NCBI GenBank assembly: GCA_964393545.1
Contig: CAYMUB010000059.1
Coordinates: 4,571-68,570 of the forward strand
DNA: 64,000 nucleotides
Reading direction: 5' to 3'
Source: an uncultured Gammaproteobacteria bacterium
GTDB taxonomy: Bacteria > Patescibacteriota > Microgenomatia > Daviesbacterales > UBA10151
Made by a program: the position numbers and the translations under genes. Positions 37,683-47,455 of this stretch are shown here, piece after piece (the first letter of the stretch is position 1; every line of letters begins with the position of its first letter). The notes under the pieces are model-generated. The model saw only the letters and a list, made by a program, of their open reading frames with translations, was not told the origin of the DNA and did not search any database.

Positions 37683-39161
37683 TTGAGAATGATTTTGTGT
37701 ATTGATACTAAAGATAAAAAGTTAATTAGTGTTTCATTAAAAAAAATCAGTAAATTTTACAAAGAACGCTATATTTTTTATCTGGTAATTGTATTCTACT
37801 TAATTACATCATCATTATATGCTTTGATGTCGGTTGTAAATCACAGTCATTTTCTAACATTTTCTGACTTAGGAATTTTTAACCAGGCAATTTGGCAGTA
37901 TAGTCAGTTTAAATATCCTTTCAGCACATTTCATCTTAATCGTTTTTTTCTTGGTGATCATTTTCATCCAATTTTGATTTTACTTGCGCCGTTATACTGG
38001 ATTTATCCAGATGAGAAAATTTTACTAGTGGTTCAACCTTTTATAATGCTTTTTGCTATTTTCCCTTTATTTTTAATATCTCTGAAGCTGACAAAATCAA
38101 TATTTTTCAGTTTAAGTATAATTTTTGCTTTTTCGTTTTATATTCCACTACAATATACGATCTTTTACGATTTTCATGAAATTGTTTTTTTACCTCCTTT
38201 ATTTGCATGGGCATATTATTTTTTTCTTTATAATAATAAAAAGCTGCTAACTCTGTTTTTAATTTTATCCTGTATGGTAAAAGAGGAAATAGGATTTTTT
38301 ATTTCAATGTTTGGTTTGTGTTTGTTTCTTTTCCAAACCAAGTGGAGAAAATATGGATTAGCTTTGTTTATATTAGGGATTTTATACACATATTTTATGA
38401 TTTACGTAGGAATACCTTTTTTTGGCGGTAAGTATTTGTATTTAAATTATTTAGGAAGTAAAACAATACTTGATTTGATTAAAAACCCCATGGGTTTAAT
38501 AAATTTGTTTTTTGATGCTCCTCTAAAAATAGAGACCCTTTATCTTACGTTTTGGCCATATGGCTTCCTTCCTATTTTTTCACCAATTGGATTTCTCCTA
38601 TCTTTTGAGCAATTCTTTACTAGGTTTTTAGATCAAAGGACTATAAGCCATTGGACAATTGGCTATCATTACTCTGCTCAGATGACTATTATTGTTTCAA
38701 TAGGCTCAATTTGGTCTGTATATTTTTACACTAAATTTATTCCTAAGTATAGGAAGGCGATCATTATTTGCATAGGTGTGTTACTAATATTTCTCACAAG
38801 AATTGAGCAAATAAATAGGTCAGCAATCTTACTGGTAAAAAGACCTCAGTTTTGGGTGCGTGATATTTGGATGGATAATATTGATCAGGCGATCAGATTG
38901 ATTCCTAAAAATGCATCAGTTGCAGCTCAAAATAATATCATTTCACATTTATCTACCAGAGAAAAGGTTTATCTTCTAAAAGATTTTGATAAAGCAGATT
39001 ATATAATTGTAGATTTGCATACAGGCCAGTCGGATTATAATTTTGCTTTTGGAGATAACCCATCCAAGCTCAAAGAAAAAATTAATTTAGGAATAAGCTC
39101 AGGTAAGTTTAGTCTTTTATTTCATCAGAATGAAGTTTATTTACTAAAAAGCAAAAGGTGA
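37683..39161 (+). CDS. Polytopic membrane protein (GT-C-like/DUF-type), N-terminus resembles a TsaB start
   Basis: 492 aa with >10 TM; first ~20 aa (ILCIDTKDKKLISVSLKK) mimic the TsaB-like ORF at 39175 (VLYINTKEQKSISVSLKK); true start may be an internal Met. Confidence 0.55.
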   Translation: MRMILCIDTKDKKLISVSLKKISKFYKERYIFYLVIVFYLITSSLYALMSVVNHSHFLTFSDLGIFNQAIWQYSQFKYPFSTFHLNRFFLGDHFHPILILLAPLYWIYPDEKILLVVQPFIMLFAIFPLFLISLKLTKSIFFSLSIIFAFSFYIPLQYTIFYDFHEIVFLPPLFAWAYYFFLYNNKKLLTLFLILSCMVKEEIGFFISMFGLCLFLFQTKWRKYGLALFILGILYTYFMIYVGIPFFGGKYLYLNYLGSKTILDLIKNPMGLINLFFDAPLKIETLYLTFWPYGFLPIFSPIGFLLSFEQFFTRFLDQRTISHWTIGYHYSAQMTIIVSIGSIWSVYFYTKFIPKYRKAIIICIGVLLIFLTRIEQINRSAILLVKRPQFWVRDIWMDNIDQAIRLIPKNASVAAQNNIISHLSTREKVYLLKDFDKADYIIVDLHTGQSDYNFAFGDNPSKLKEKINLGISSGKFSLLFHQNEVYLLKSKR

Positions 39162-39174
39162 GTAAAATAGCTAT

Positions 39175-39489
39175 ATGGTTTTATATATTAATACGAAAGA
39201 GCAAAAATCCATATCAGTTTCTTTAAAAAAAGACCTGCCTGAGGGTAAGCAGGTGGTGGCAGAATTATCTGAAATAAATGAATATGGTTCACAAGTTTTA
39301 TTACCTTTGATATTTAAACTGCTAAGAACTACTAACTCCAAACTACAAACTCTTCAAGGAATTGAGGTGGAAACCGGATCAGGATCTTTTACCGGACTTA
39401 GGGTTGGAGTCTCTGTTGCTAATGCTTTAGGGTTTTCTTTAAACACTCCAGTTAATGGGAAAAAAATAGAAACAGAGCTGGTATACTAG
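39175..39489 (+). CDS. tsaB: TsaB/YeaZ-like mini-protein (N-terminal domain only)
   Basis: 104 aa; IEVETGSGSFTGLRVGVSVANALGFSL is the classic TsaB/YeaZ motif. Confidence 0.65.
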   Translation: MVLYINTKEQKSISVSLKKDLPEGKQVVAELSEINEYGSQVLLPLIFKLLRTTNSKLQTLQGIEVETGSGSFTGLRVGVSVANALGFSLNTPVNGKKIETELVY

Positions 39490-39495
39490 TAGAAT

Positions 39496-40368
39496 ATGGC
39501 TCTTAGCAATTGGTTTTTACCTCATAAAGATACACACAAAAAAGCTCATTTAATTTCATGGGAGGCAATGTTAATTTATGTCCTTCTATTTATGTTTCTT
39601 CAGGTAGGATTTTCCATTGTTTCTTACACCAAGCCTGGAATTTTAGGCATTACTGCAAGTATTGATCAAAAAAAACTGATTGAGTTAACAAATATTGAAC
39701 GTGAGAAAAAAGGTTTGGGGAAGGTTTTGGAAAATGAAGCATTGGATAAAGCTGCCAGGCTTAAAGCAGAGAACATGTTTTCAGAAAACTACTGGGCGCA
39801 CTTTGCCCCCTCAGGTAAAACTCCTTGGGACTTTATTTTGGGTTCAGGCTATCATTTTACTTTTGCTGGAGAAAATTTGGCTAAAAACTTTTATACCTCT
39901 GATGAAGTAGTAGTAGCCTGGATGGCATCTCCGACTCACAGGGACAATTTACTAAACTCAAACTATAAAGATATTGGTATGGCTGTTGTAGAAGGAGTGC
40001 TAAACGGACAAAAAACCACTTTAATTGTTCAAGAATTTGGTACCACTGAAATTTTAGTAAATAAACCTAGTGTTAAGGTTCAAGGTAAGGATATCATAGT
40101 GCCTCCAAGTGATTTAGCAAATAGTCCACAAATGGTGGAGGGAGCAACAAAGATAGTTACTACCAAAACCTTTTTTGACCCATATAAAATATCTAAATCA
40201 GCAGGATTTTCAGTCATCCTCCTGATTATTATTCTGCTGGTTATAGACATTTGGATACTTAGGAAGAGAGGTATATTCAGAATATCCTCACACCATATAG
40301 CGCATATGGCAATGCTTTCTTTAGCTGCAGGCAGTCTATTTATGGCACAACCAGGAGTTATTCTATAA
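39496..40368 (+). CDS. CAP/SCP/PR1-domain protein (YkwD-like) with N- and C-terminal TM segments
   Basis: CAP signature GENLAKNFYTSDEVVVAWMASPTHRDNLLNSNYKDIGMAVV. Confidence 0.7.
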   Translation: MALSNWFLPHKDTHKKAHLISWEAMLIYVLLFMFLQVGFSIVSYTKPGILGITASIDQKKLIELTNIEREKKGLGKVLENEALDKAARLKAENMFSENYWAHFAPSGKTPWDFILGSGYHFTFAGENLAKNFYTSDEVVVAWMASPTHRDNLLNSNYKDIGMAVVEGVLNGQKTTLIVQEFGTTEILVNKPSVKVQGKDIIVPPSDLANSPQMVEGATKIVTTKTFFDPYKISKSAGFSVILLIIILLVIDIWILRKRGIFRISSHHIAHMAMLSLAAGSLFMAQPGVIL

Positions 40369-40370
40369 AT

Positions 40371-40520
40371 ATGAAAATGCTTGCAATTGGAATACTGATT
40401 TATTTAATCTGGGCACTAATCCACCATAAACGTAATAAGAGTTTGACTTTTACTATTTTTATAGAGTATCTTTTAACTGCACTTTTATCAATTATTTTAT
40501 TGACAGGAGTAGCATTTTAG
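40371..40520 (+). CDS. Small two-TM membrane protein, 49 aa (not in supplied ORF track)
   Basis: Manual translation MKMLAIGILIYLIWALIHHKRNKSLTFTIFIEYLLTALLSIILLTGVAF*; fills the only gap between CAP gene and rmlA-like gene. Confidence 0.35.
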   Translation: MKMLAIGILIYLIWALIHHKRNKSLTFTIFIEYLLTALLSIILLTGVAF

Positions 40521-41603
40521 ATGAAGGCTATCATACCAACAGGTGGGCGTGGCACTAGGATGCGCCCATTAACATTTTCTACCAATAAACACTTTATTCC
40601 AGTTGCCAACAAACCATTAATTTTTTATCCAATTGAAACAATTGCTGATGCCGGGATTAAAGAAGTGGGAATTACCTACAATCCTGGTGGACTGGAAGAG
40701 GCAAAATCATACCTGGGAGATGGATCCTCATGGGGACTTTCTATAACTTATATTTTACAGGAAAAACCTGCAGGTTTGGCTAACATTGTGGAGGTTTGTG
40801 AAGAATTTCTTGATGGTGACTCGTTTGTTTTTCATCTTGGTGACAACATCTTTGTTGACGGAATAAAAAAGCAGGTGGAATATTTTGAGAAAGAAAAACC
40901 AAACGGTTTGGTAACCATGATTCATCATCAGGAAAACAGAAGAATGGGAGTACCATACTTTAATGATCAGGGAAGACTTATTAAATATGTAGAAAAGCCG
41001 GAAAATCCACCGCATGATTTTGCGGTACCGGGTGTTTATTTTGCCGATAATTCGTTTTTCAAATGTTTCAAAGGAAAAAATCAGATAAAACCATCCCAAA
41101 GAGGAGAATATGAAATCCCAACAGCTTTTCAGTGGTTAATTGATAATGGTTTTAGGGTAGATGTTATGGAATATAAAGGTAAATGGCTGGATCCGGGAAA
41201 ATTTGACGACTGGATTGAGGCTAATCAGTATATTTTGGAAAATAAACTAAAAGAGAGTATAGAATCTAAAGTTGACTCTTCATCCAAGATAGACTTAAAG
41301 GTTTCATTAGGAAAAGACTGTACAGTTATTAACTCAAAAATTAAAGGTCCGTCAATAATAGGCGATAATGTAGTTATTACTAATTCAGAGGTTGGGCCCT
41401 TAACATCTGTTGCAGATAACTGTGAGATTGTAGGGAGTAAGGTGTCGAATAGTGTTTTAATGAGTGGGGTAAAAGTGTTAAATGTGAGAGAGCACCCAGT
41501 TGAAAATAGTTTAATTGGTACAGATTCTGAGGTTATAGGTGCAGATGGCAGAGGGACTGTTACTTCCTTGTTTGTAGGAGAGAAGTGTAAAATTCAATTA
41601 TGA
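40521..41603 (+). CDS. rmlA: Glucose-1-phosphate thymidylyltransferase-like sugar nucleotidyltransferase with C-terminal left-handed beta-helix
   Basis: MKAIIPTGGRGTRMRPLT nucleotidyltransferase signature; hexapeptide-repeat C-terminus; followed by rmlBCD. Confidence 0.75.
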   Translation: MKAIIPTGGRGTRMRPLTFSTNKHFIPVANKPLIFYPIETIADAGIKEVGITYNPGGLEEAKSYLGDGSSWGLSITYILQEKPAGLANIVEVCEEFLDGDSFVFHLGDNIFVDGIKKQVEYFEKEKPNGLVTMIHHQENRRMGVPYFNDQGRLIKYVEKPENPPHDFAVPGVYFADNSFFKCFKGKNQIKPSQRGEYEIPTAFQWLIDNGFRVDVMEYKGKWLDPGKFDDWIEANQYILENKLKESIESKVDSSSKIDLKVSLGKDCTVINSKIKGPSIIGDNVVITNSEVGPLTSVADNCEIVGSKVSNSVLMSGVKVLNVREHPVENSLIGTDSEVIGADGRGTVTSLFVGEKCKIQL

Positions 41604-42604
41604 AGATTTTAGTTACCGGTGGTGCGGGTTTTATTGGCTCAAATTTTATTCACTACTGGTTAGAAAACCATCCTGATGATCAAGTGGTAAACCTGGATGC
41701 TTTAACCTACGCCGGGCATTTGGAGTCTTTAAAAGATATTGAGGGGAATCCAAACTATCAATTTATAAAGGGGGATATTACAAATCTTCAGGATGTAGAA
41801 AAAGCCATGCAAGGGATTGATACTGTGGTCCATTTTGCAGCTGAGTCACATGTTGATAGGTCAGTTATAGATCCTTTTGTATTTGTTAAAACAAATGTTT
41901 TAGGGACGGCAATTTTGCTTGAAGAAGCTCTAAATGCCGGAGTTAAAAGGTTTCATCATATTTCAACAGATGAAGTATTCGGTCATTTGGGAAAAGATGA
42001 CCCACCATTTAACGAAGAAACAAAGTACGCTCCTAGAACTCCTTACTCTGCTTCTAAAGCAGGATCAGATTACCTAGTCAAAGCGTATTATGAAACCTAT
42101 AAGTTGCCAATAACGATTACAAATTGTGCTAATAATTTTGGCCCTTTCCAAGATCCGGAAAAGTTGATCGCCCGTTTTATTACAAATCTTTTGGAAGGTA
42201 AAAAGGTTCCCTTAATGGGTCAAGGTGAAAATATCAGATCTTGGATTCAAGTTGAAGATCATAATAGAGGAGTAGAAAAAGTTTTACAGGATGGGAGGGT
42301 AGGGGAAACGTATTGTATTGGTGGAGAGGAAAAAACCAACTTAGAAGTCACCAAAAAAATACTGGAAATTTTAGGTCAGGATGAAACTTTGATTGAATAT
42401 GTTGAGCACCGGTTAGGTCATGACTTTAGGTATGCAATTGATGATGGGAAATTAAAGACATTAGGTTGGAAACCACAATATGATTTTGGGAAGGGTTTAG
42501 AAGAAACTGTTAACTGGTATAAAAATAATGAATGGTGGTGGAAACCTTTAAAGCTGGATAGACCAAATGTGGATAGGATAGCCCAGAAAGGATATCAAAA
42601 GTAA
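41600..42604 (+). CDS. rmlB: dTDP-glucose 4,6-dehydratase
   Basis: MKILVTGGAGFIGSNF, extended SDR, 334 aa, operon context. Confidence 0.85.
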   Translation: MKILVTGGAGFIGSNFIHYWLENHPDDQVVNLDALTYAGHLESLKDIEGNPNYQFIKGDITNLQDVEKAMQGIDTVVHFAAESHVDRSVIDPFVFVKTNVLGTAILLEEALNAGVKRFHHISTDEVFGHLGKDDPPFNEETKYAPRTPYSASKAGSDYLVKAYYETYKLPITITNCANNFGPFQDPEKLIARFITNLLEGKKVPLMGQGENIRSWIQVEDHNRGVEKVLQDGRVGETYCIGGEEKTNLEVTKKILEILGQDETLIEYVEHRLGHDFRYAIDDGKLKTLGWKPQYDFGKGLEETVNWYKNNEWWWKPLKLDRPNVDRIAQKGYQK

Positions 42605-43152
42605 TGGATGAATCTGTTCAAAAAACTGCCATTGAAGGGTTACTTATTTTAAAAAGACTAACTCATAAAGATGACAGAGGTTTTTTTAAAGAAATATTTC
42701 ATATTGATGAAATAGAAGAAACTTTAGGAATTCAGTTTAAAGGTTTGCAAATGAACCATGCTTTTTCAATGCCCAAGGTTTTAAGAGGAATTCATGCGGA
42801 AAACTGGAATAAAATAATCTATCCTGTTAATGGTAAAGTATATGTGGCAATTGTTGATATCAGACCAGATTCCCCTACCTTTGGAAAATTTGAAACTTTT
42901 ACTATGAGTGATGAAAATAGAATTGGGTTGTTTATTTCCAAAGGTTTAGCAAACTCTTACTGTATAACTGGTGAAGAGGCTGTTGACTATATCTATTTAG
43001 TAGATAGCTATTACGATGGCTCAGATCAAAAAGCAGTTGCTTATGATGATCCTGATTTAAATATTGAGTGGCCAATCAAAGATCCAATTATTTCTGATAG
43101 AGATAAAAATAATCCTAAGCTTCGTGATCTGTTTCCCGAAAAATTCCCATGA
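42604..43152 (+). CDS. rmlC: dTDP-4-dehydrorhamnose 3,5-epimerase
   Basis: 182-aa cupin with RmlC-like motifs (RGIHAENWNKII..., NSYCITGEEAVDYIYL). Confidence 0.8.
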   Translation: MDESVQKTAIEGLLILKRLTHKDDRGFFKEIFHIDEIEETLGIQFKGLQMNHAFSMPKVLRGIHAENWNKIIYPVNGKVYVAIVDIRPDSPTFGKFETFTMSDENRIGLFISKGLANSYCITGEEAVDYIYLVDSYYDGSDQKAVAYDDPDLNIEWPIKDPIISDRDKNNPKLRDLFPEKFP

Positions 43153-44033
43153 AAAAAATATTAGTTTTTGGAGGTAGCGGCTTGGTTGGATCTAAGTTTA
43201 TTGATATTCACAAAACTGAATTTGAAATTAATGCTCCTGATGCAGCTGCTGTGGACATTTTAAACAAAGATCAGATATCAAAAATAGTTGAAGAATTTAA
43301 CCCGGATTCAATTGTTAATTTTGCAGCCTATACTCAAGTAGAAGAGGCAGAGAATCAAAAAGATGATCAAAATGGAATTTGCTTTCAGGTAAATGCAATT
43401 GGAGTAAAAAATATTGCAGCAGTTTCAAAAGATTTTGCCAAACACTTCATCCACATCTCTACAGAATATGTATTTGATGGCACAAAAGAAAATAGTCCAT
43501 ATGTAGAAGAAGACAAGCCAAATCCCATCAATTGGTATGGACAGACTAAATTTAAAGGTGAACAATTTGTTCTGGAAAGTGGCAGTAAGGCAGTAATTGT
43601 TAGATTATCAATGCCCTTTTCATCCCATTATAATTTAAAAAAAGATGTAGCCAGATTCTTTTTAGAGCAATTAAAATCAGGAAAACAGATTAAGGCAGTA
43701 GAAGATCAAAGAATTACACCTACTTTAGTTAATGATGTAGCAGATGGTTTAAGAGTATTACTGGAAAATCAAAGTACTGGAATGTATCATATTAGTAGCA
43801 GGGATTCTGTTAGTCCTTTAGAGTTTGTCAAAACTATTGCTGAAACTTTTCTTCTTAACTATTCCTTAATTTCATCTCTAAAATTGGATGAATTTAATAA
43901 AAACAAAAAGGCAAAATTATTAAAGTATTCCTGGTTAAACCCAACAAAATTTGAGAGAATGTTTGGAGATCAGATTCTACATACGGTCGAAGAAGGCTTG
44001 GCAATTTTCAAACAGGAGATTGACCAAATTTAG
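43149..44033 (+). CDS. rmlD: dTDP-4-dehydrorhamnose reductase
   Basis: 294-aa SDR, MKKILVFGGSGLVGS, position after rmlC. Confidence 0.75.
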   Translation: MKKILVFGGSGLVGSKFIDIHKTEFEINAPDAAAVDILNKDQISKIVEEFNPDSIVNFAAYTQVEEAENQKDDQNGICFQVNAIGVKNIAAVSKDFAKHFIHISTEYVFDGTKENSPYVEEDKPNPINWYGQTKFKGEQFVLESGSKAVIVRLSMPFSSHYNLKKDVARFFLEQLKSGKQIKAVEDQRITPTLVNDVADGLRVLLENQSTGMYHISSRDSVSPLEFVKTIAETFLLNYSLISSLKLDEFNKNKKAKLLKYSWLNPTKFERMFGDQILHTVEEGLAIFKQEIDQI

Positions 44034-44057
44034 TAAATTAGATATAGTAGTTCAAAC

Positions 44058-45071
44058 ATGGTAAACAAAAAAGCGTTTATTACTGGGATTTCGGGTCAAG
44101 ACGGCTCATATTTAACAGAAGTTTTACTGGATAAAGGATATGAAGTAGCGGGATTAGTTAGAAGGAATGCTGGTTTGGATATGGGAAACATTAATGCTCT
44201 AAGGGAGGAAGTAAAAATATACTATGGTGATCTTCAATCAGCAGAATCTATAGCCTTAGCATTATTGGATTTTAAACCGGATGAAATTTATAATTTAGCC
44301 TCATTGTCATCACCTTTAGCATCATTTTCAGATAAGTTTGCCACCATTATGGTAACAGGTGTTGGAGCTTTGCATGTTTTTGAAAGAGCTAAACAAATTG
44401 TACCTGAGGCACGGATATATCAGGCTTCTACATCAGAAATGTTTGGAGCTCCGACTCAATTTCCACAAAATGAAGATACTCCTTTGAAACCAACTAATCC
44501 TTATGCAGCAGCTAAGGAATTTGCTCACCGCATGGCGGTAATTGCCAGAAGTGATAAAAAGCAACCACAATTTATCTCCTGCGGAATTTTATTTAATCAC
44601 GAAAGTCCTAGGCGTGGTCTAAACTTTGTAACAAGAAAAATTACTGCAGCTGTTGCCTGTATTAAAAATAATAAAAAGGAAGGAATTCCTTTAAATGAAA
44701 TAGGTGAGCCGATTGTCAGGGACGGAAAGGTAAAATTAGGAGATCTTGGTGCAAAAAGAGATTGGGGATATGCAAAGGATTATGTAGAAGCTATGTGGCT
44801 AATGTTGCAGCAGGAAAAAGCAGATGATTTTGTAGCTGCAACAGGAGAAGTTCACACTGTTGAGGAATTTGCTAAAGAAGCTTTTGAGGTCGCCGGACTG
44901 AATTTTAAAGACTTTGTAATTACCGATCCACATTTTGTTCCCCCAGTTCAAACAGGACCACTTTGCGGTGATGCAACTAAGGCAAAAAAGGTTCTAGGAT
45001 GGGAATCGAAAACAAAATTTAAAGATTTAGTGAAAATTATGGTTCACGCGGATCTTGCGAAGTTCTCCTAG
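44058..45071 (+). CDS. gmd: GDP-mannose 4,6-dehydratase
   Basis: KKAFITGISGQDGSYLTEVLLDKGYEV N-terminus and GILFNHESPRRG motif are diagnostic of Gmd. Confidence 0.88.
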   Translation: MVNKKAFITGISGQDGSYLTEVLLDKGYEVAGLVRRNAGLDMGNINALREEVKIYYGDLQSAESIALALLDFKPDEIYNLASLSSPLASFSDKFATIMVTGVGALHVFERAKQIVPEARIYQASTSEMFGAPTQFPQNEDTPLKPTNPYAAAKEFAHRMAVIARSDKKQPQFISCGILFNHESPRRGLNFVTRKITAAVACIKNNKKEGIPLNEIGEPIVRDGKVKLGDLGAKRDWGYAKDYVEAMWLMLQQEKADDFVAATGEVHTVEEFAKEAFEVAGLNFKDFVITDPHFVPPVQTGPLCGDATKAKKVLGWESKTKFKDLVKIMVHADLAKFS

Positions 45072-46272
45072 TTTCTACTACAATCGAACAATGAAGAGAG
45101 TTTCAGTTGTTCTTCCCACATTTAATGAAAAGGCCAACATTGAAAGTACTGTAGAAAAAGTTTTGCAGCAAGAAAAAGAGCTGTCTGGTTGGGAAATACA
45201 TATCGTGATCGCTGATGATGTCAGATCTACTGACGGACTAGAACAAGTTGTAAAAAAGATGTCACCTGAAAAGAATATTCATTATATAAAAGTTGAACCA
45301 GGGTTAGGGTTAGGGTTGATAGAAGGACATAAATATGCTCTTGATCATTTACATCCAGATATCTTGGCGCAGTTAGATGCAGATGGGCAGGTAGTGCCTG
45401 ATGTCTTAGTAAGACTAGTTAAAGCGATTGAAGATGGATATAGTTTGGTAATAGGATCAAGATTTGTTGAAGGTGGGAAAAACCAACTGTCTTTTGCAAG
45501 AAGACTTTTCACGATGGGTGCATCAGTATTTTGTAGGCTTATGATAGGTCCATGGGACATTAAAGAGGTTACAAATTCTGCCCGTGCTTTTACACCAGCT
45601 CTTTTTAAGAAAATTAATTTAGAAAGACTCCCTTGGAGAGAAAATTCTTTTATTATTCAACCGGCGTTTTTACATGAGGCAATTTTAGCCGGGGCAAAGT
45701 ATAAAGAAGTACCTTTGATTTTCAAAAACAGACAAGAAGGGTATTCAAAGAATAAAGTTTTCAATTACACATATGATGTAATTACTTATTGTCTTGATGT
45801 AAAGCTTAACAGCTTAGGGATAAATATTCCATTTTTTAGAATTACCAGAAGAGCAAAAACTTTAGTTAAATTTAGTTTAGTAGGGGTAATGGGGACACTG
45901 GTTGATTTTTTCTTTTATAAATTCTTTATCAATTTTCTTGCTTTGGCACCAGCTACTTCAAAAGGATTCTCTGCGGAAATTGCCATCATGAATAATTTTT
46001 TTCTAAATAATTTTTGGATATTTAAATACAGAAAAACAAAAACTAATTTTTGGCAGAAACTGGGAATTTTCAATTTAGTTTCATTGGGGGGATTAATTAT
46101 TGCAGTATTGATAGTCAAATTGTTACATCACACTTATGGTGATGGGTTTATTTTGGTAGGATCAAAAAGCATTGCTTATAATAACTTTTACTTTTTTGCT
46201 ACCATTCCGCCTGTAATGATTTGGAATTTTACTGTAAATCACCTTATTACTTGGCGGCATAAGGAAGATTAA
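45055..46272 (+). CDS. GT2 polyprenol-phosphate glycosyltransferase (DPM1-like) fused to GtrA-like C-terminal TM domain
   Basis: VVLPTFNE...IADDVRSTDG...DADGQ GT2 motifs; C-terminal 4-TM GtrA-like segment. Confidence 0.75.
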   Translation: MRSSPSFYYNRTMKRVSVVLPTFNEKANIESTVEKVLQQEKELSGWEIHIVIADDVRSTDGLEQVVKKMSPEKNIHYIKVEPGLGLGLIEGHKYALDHLHPDILAQLDADGQVVPDVLVRLVKAIEDGYSLVIGSRFVEGGKNQLSFARRLFTMGASVFCRLMIGPWDIKEVTNSARAFTPALFKKINLERLPWRENSFIIQPAFLHEAILAGAKYKEVPLIFKNRQEGYSKNKVFNYTYDVITYCLDVKLNSLGINIPFFRITRRAKTLVKFSLVGVMGTLVDFFFYKFFINFLALAPATSKGFSAEIAIMNNFFLNNFWIFKYRKTKTNFWQKLGIFNLVSLGGLIIAVLIVKLLHHTYGDGFILVGSKSIAYNNFYFFATIPPVMIWNFTVNHLITWRHKED

Positions 46273-47438
46273 TTAAAAGGTGATAAGTTAGGAATTGGGG
46301 CGGTATTTGATAGCAGAAAATTCTGGGTATATAAATAAATTGCCAAAGCAATAATTGGCAAAATAATTTTAAATTCCCTGGATGTTAAAATCTTCTCAAA
46401 GGCAATTAGTAAAAAAGGAAATATTGGTAAAGTGTATCTGCTAATATCCCGGTGAGCAACAAATGCGGAGGCTATCAGATAAGTAAGTACAAAAAATGCC
46501 AGTGGATATATTCTCTTTTGCCACAGGGTAACGGCCCCCAAAAATCCAAGCATAAAAACATAAACAATATCCTCAAGCCAGATATCACCTACCCAGAATT
46601 GATGTTTATTAAATACCTGGAAAGGTGGAAAGGTTAAATGAATATTATCACCTGAATGAAAGTATGCCCAAAAATCCCCAAAAGTATGAGAGTACAGATA
46701 AAATATTCCCAAAAGTCCTAAAGGGATAGAAAGAAACGGAAAATACCTTAAATGATTTAAAAATGCCTTTTTAATACCTAATGTTTTTGACTCCAAATAA
46801 TATTTGTAATGGACAAATATTGCCAAAGAGATAAAAAGCAGAATTCCCGGGGGTCTGGTTAGTTGAGCAAGTAGTCCCAAAAAAGCAGATAAATATAAAT
46901 CCATCTGTTTGTAATTTTTTTCAAACTTTAAGAAAAAATAAAGAGCAGAAATTACAAAAAATATAAACAAAGGCTCGGCAGATCCAACAGAATGTACAAT
47001 TACCCACCTGGCAGGCAAAATTAAAAACAATGCAGACAAAAATAAAGGATAGTGAGTTAATTTAAAATCCCTGACTAAAAAGTAAAAAGCCCAAACTGCC
47101 AAAAGGGTGGATAATAAAGTAACAAATAACATTGATTTTAAATATCCCAAAACAGGTGCAAACGTGCTTATTACTAAAGAATATCCAGGGAAGTGGGAGG
47201 CAAAATACACTGGGTCTTGAGATTGAGGTAAAGAGGTGATTAGACCGGGATTATAATAACTTTTGGCTATAACAATATACTCTAATCCATCAAAATTCCG
47301 GTAAATTGTGGAAAATCCTTCTTTAAAAGATAATCCCCAAAAGCTAGGTAAAGACAACAAGTGTGGTAACCAAACAAGAAAAGTAATAATTATTGTTAGT
47401 GCAGCTAGCAAACTTAAATTTTTAATGGTTTTACCCAT
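46269..47438 (-). CDS. Polytopic membrane protein, GT-C-like (mannosyltransferase/DUF2029-like)
   Basis: 389 aa, ~10 TM helices, family not firmly assigned. Confidence 0.45.
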   Translation of the reverse strand: MGKTIKNLSLLAALTIIITFLVWLPHLLSLPSFWGLSFKEGFSTIYRNFDGLEYIVIAKSYYNPGLITSLPQSQDPVYFASHFPGYSLVISTFAPVLGYLKSMLFVTLLSTLLAVWAFYFLVRDFKLTHYPLFLSALFLILPARWVIVHSVGSAEPLFIFFVISALYFFLKFEKNYKQMDLYLSAFLGLLAQLTRPPGILLFISLAIFVHYKYYLESKTLGIKKAFLNHLRYFPFLSIPLGLLGIFYLYSHTFGDFWAYFHSGDNIHLTFPPFQVFNKHQFWVGDIWLEDIVYVFMLGFLGAVTLWQKRIYPLAFFVLTYLIASAFVAHRDISRYTLPIFPFLLIAFEKILTSREFKIILPIIALAIYLYTQNFLLSNTAPIPNLSPFN

Positions 47439-47455
47439 ACTTTAATCATTCTAGC

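Noticed and set aside
40755-41099. 114-aa minus-strand ORF inside the rmlA-like gene
   Set aside because: It is antisense to a nucleotidyltransferase with a clear N-terminal signature, and its sequence is an AT-rich low-complexity artefact.
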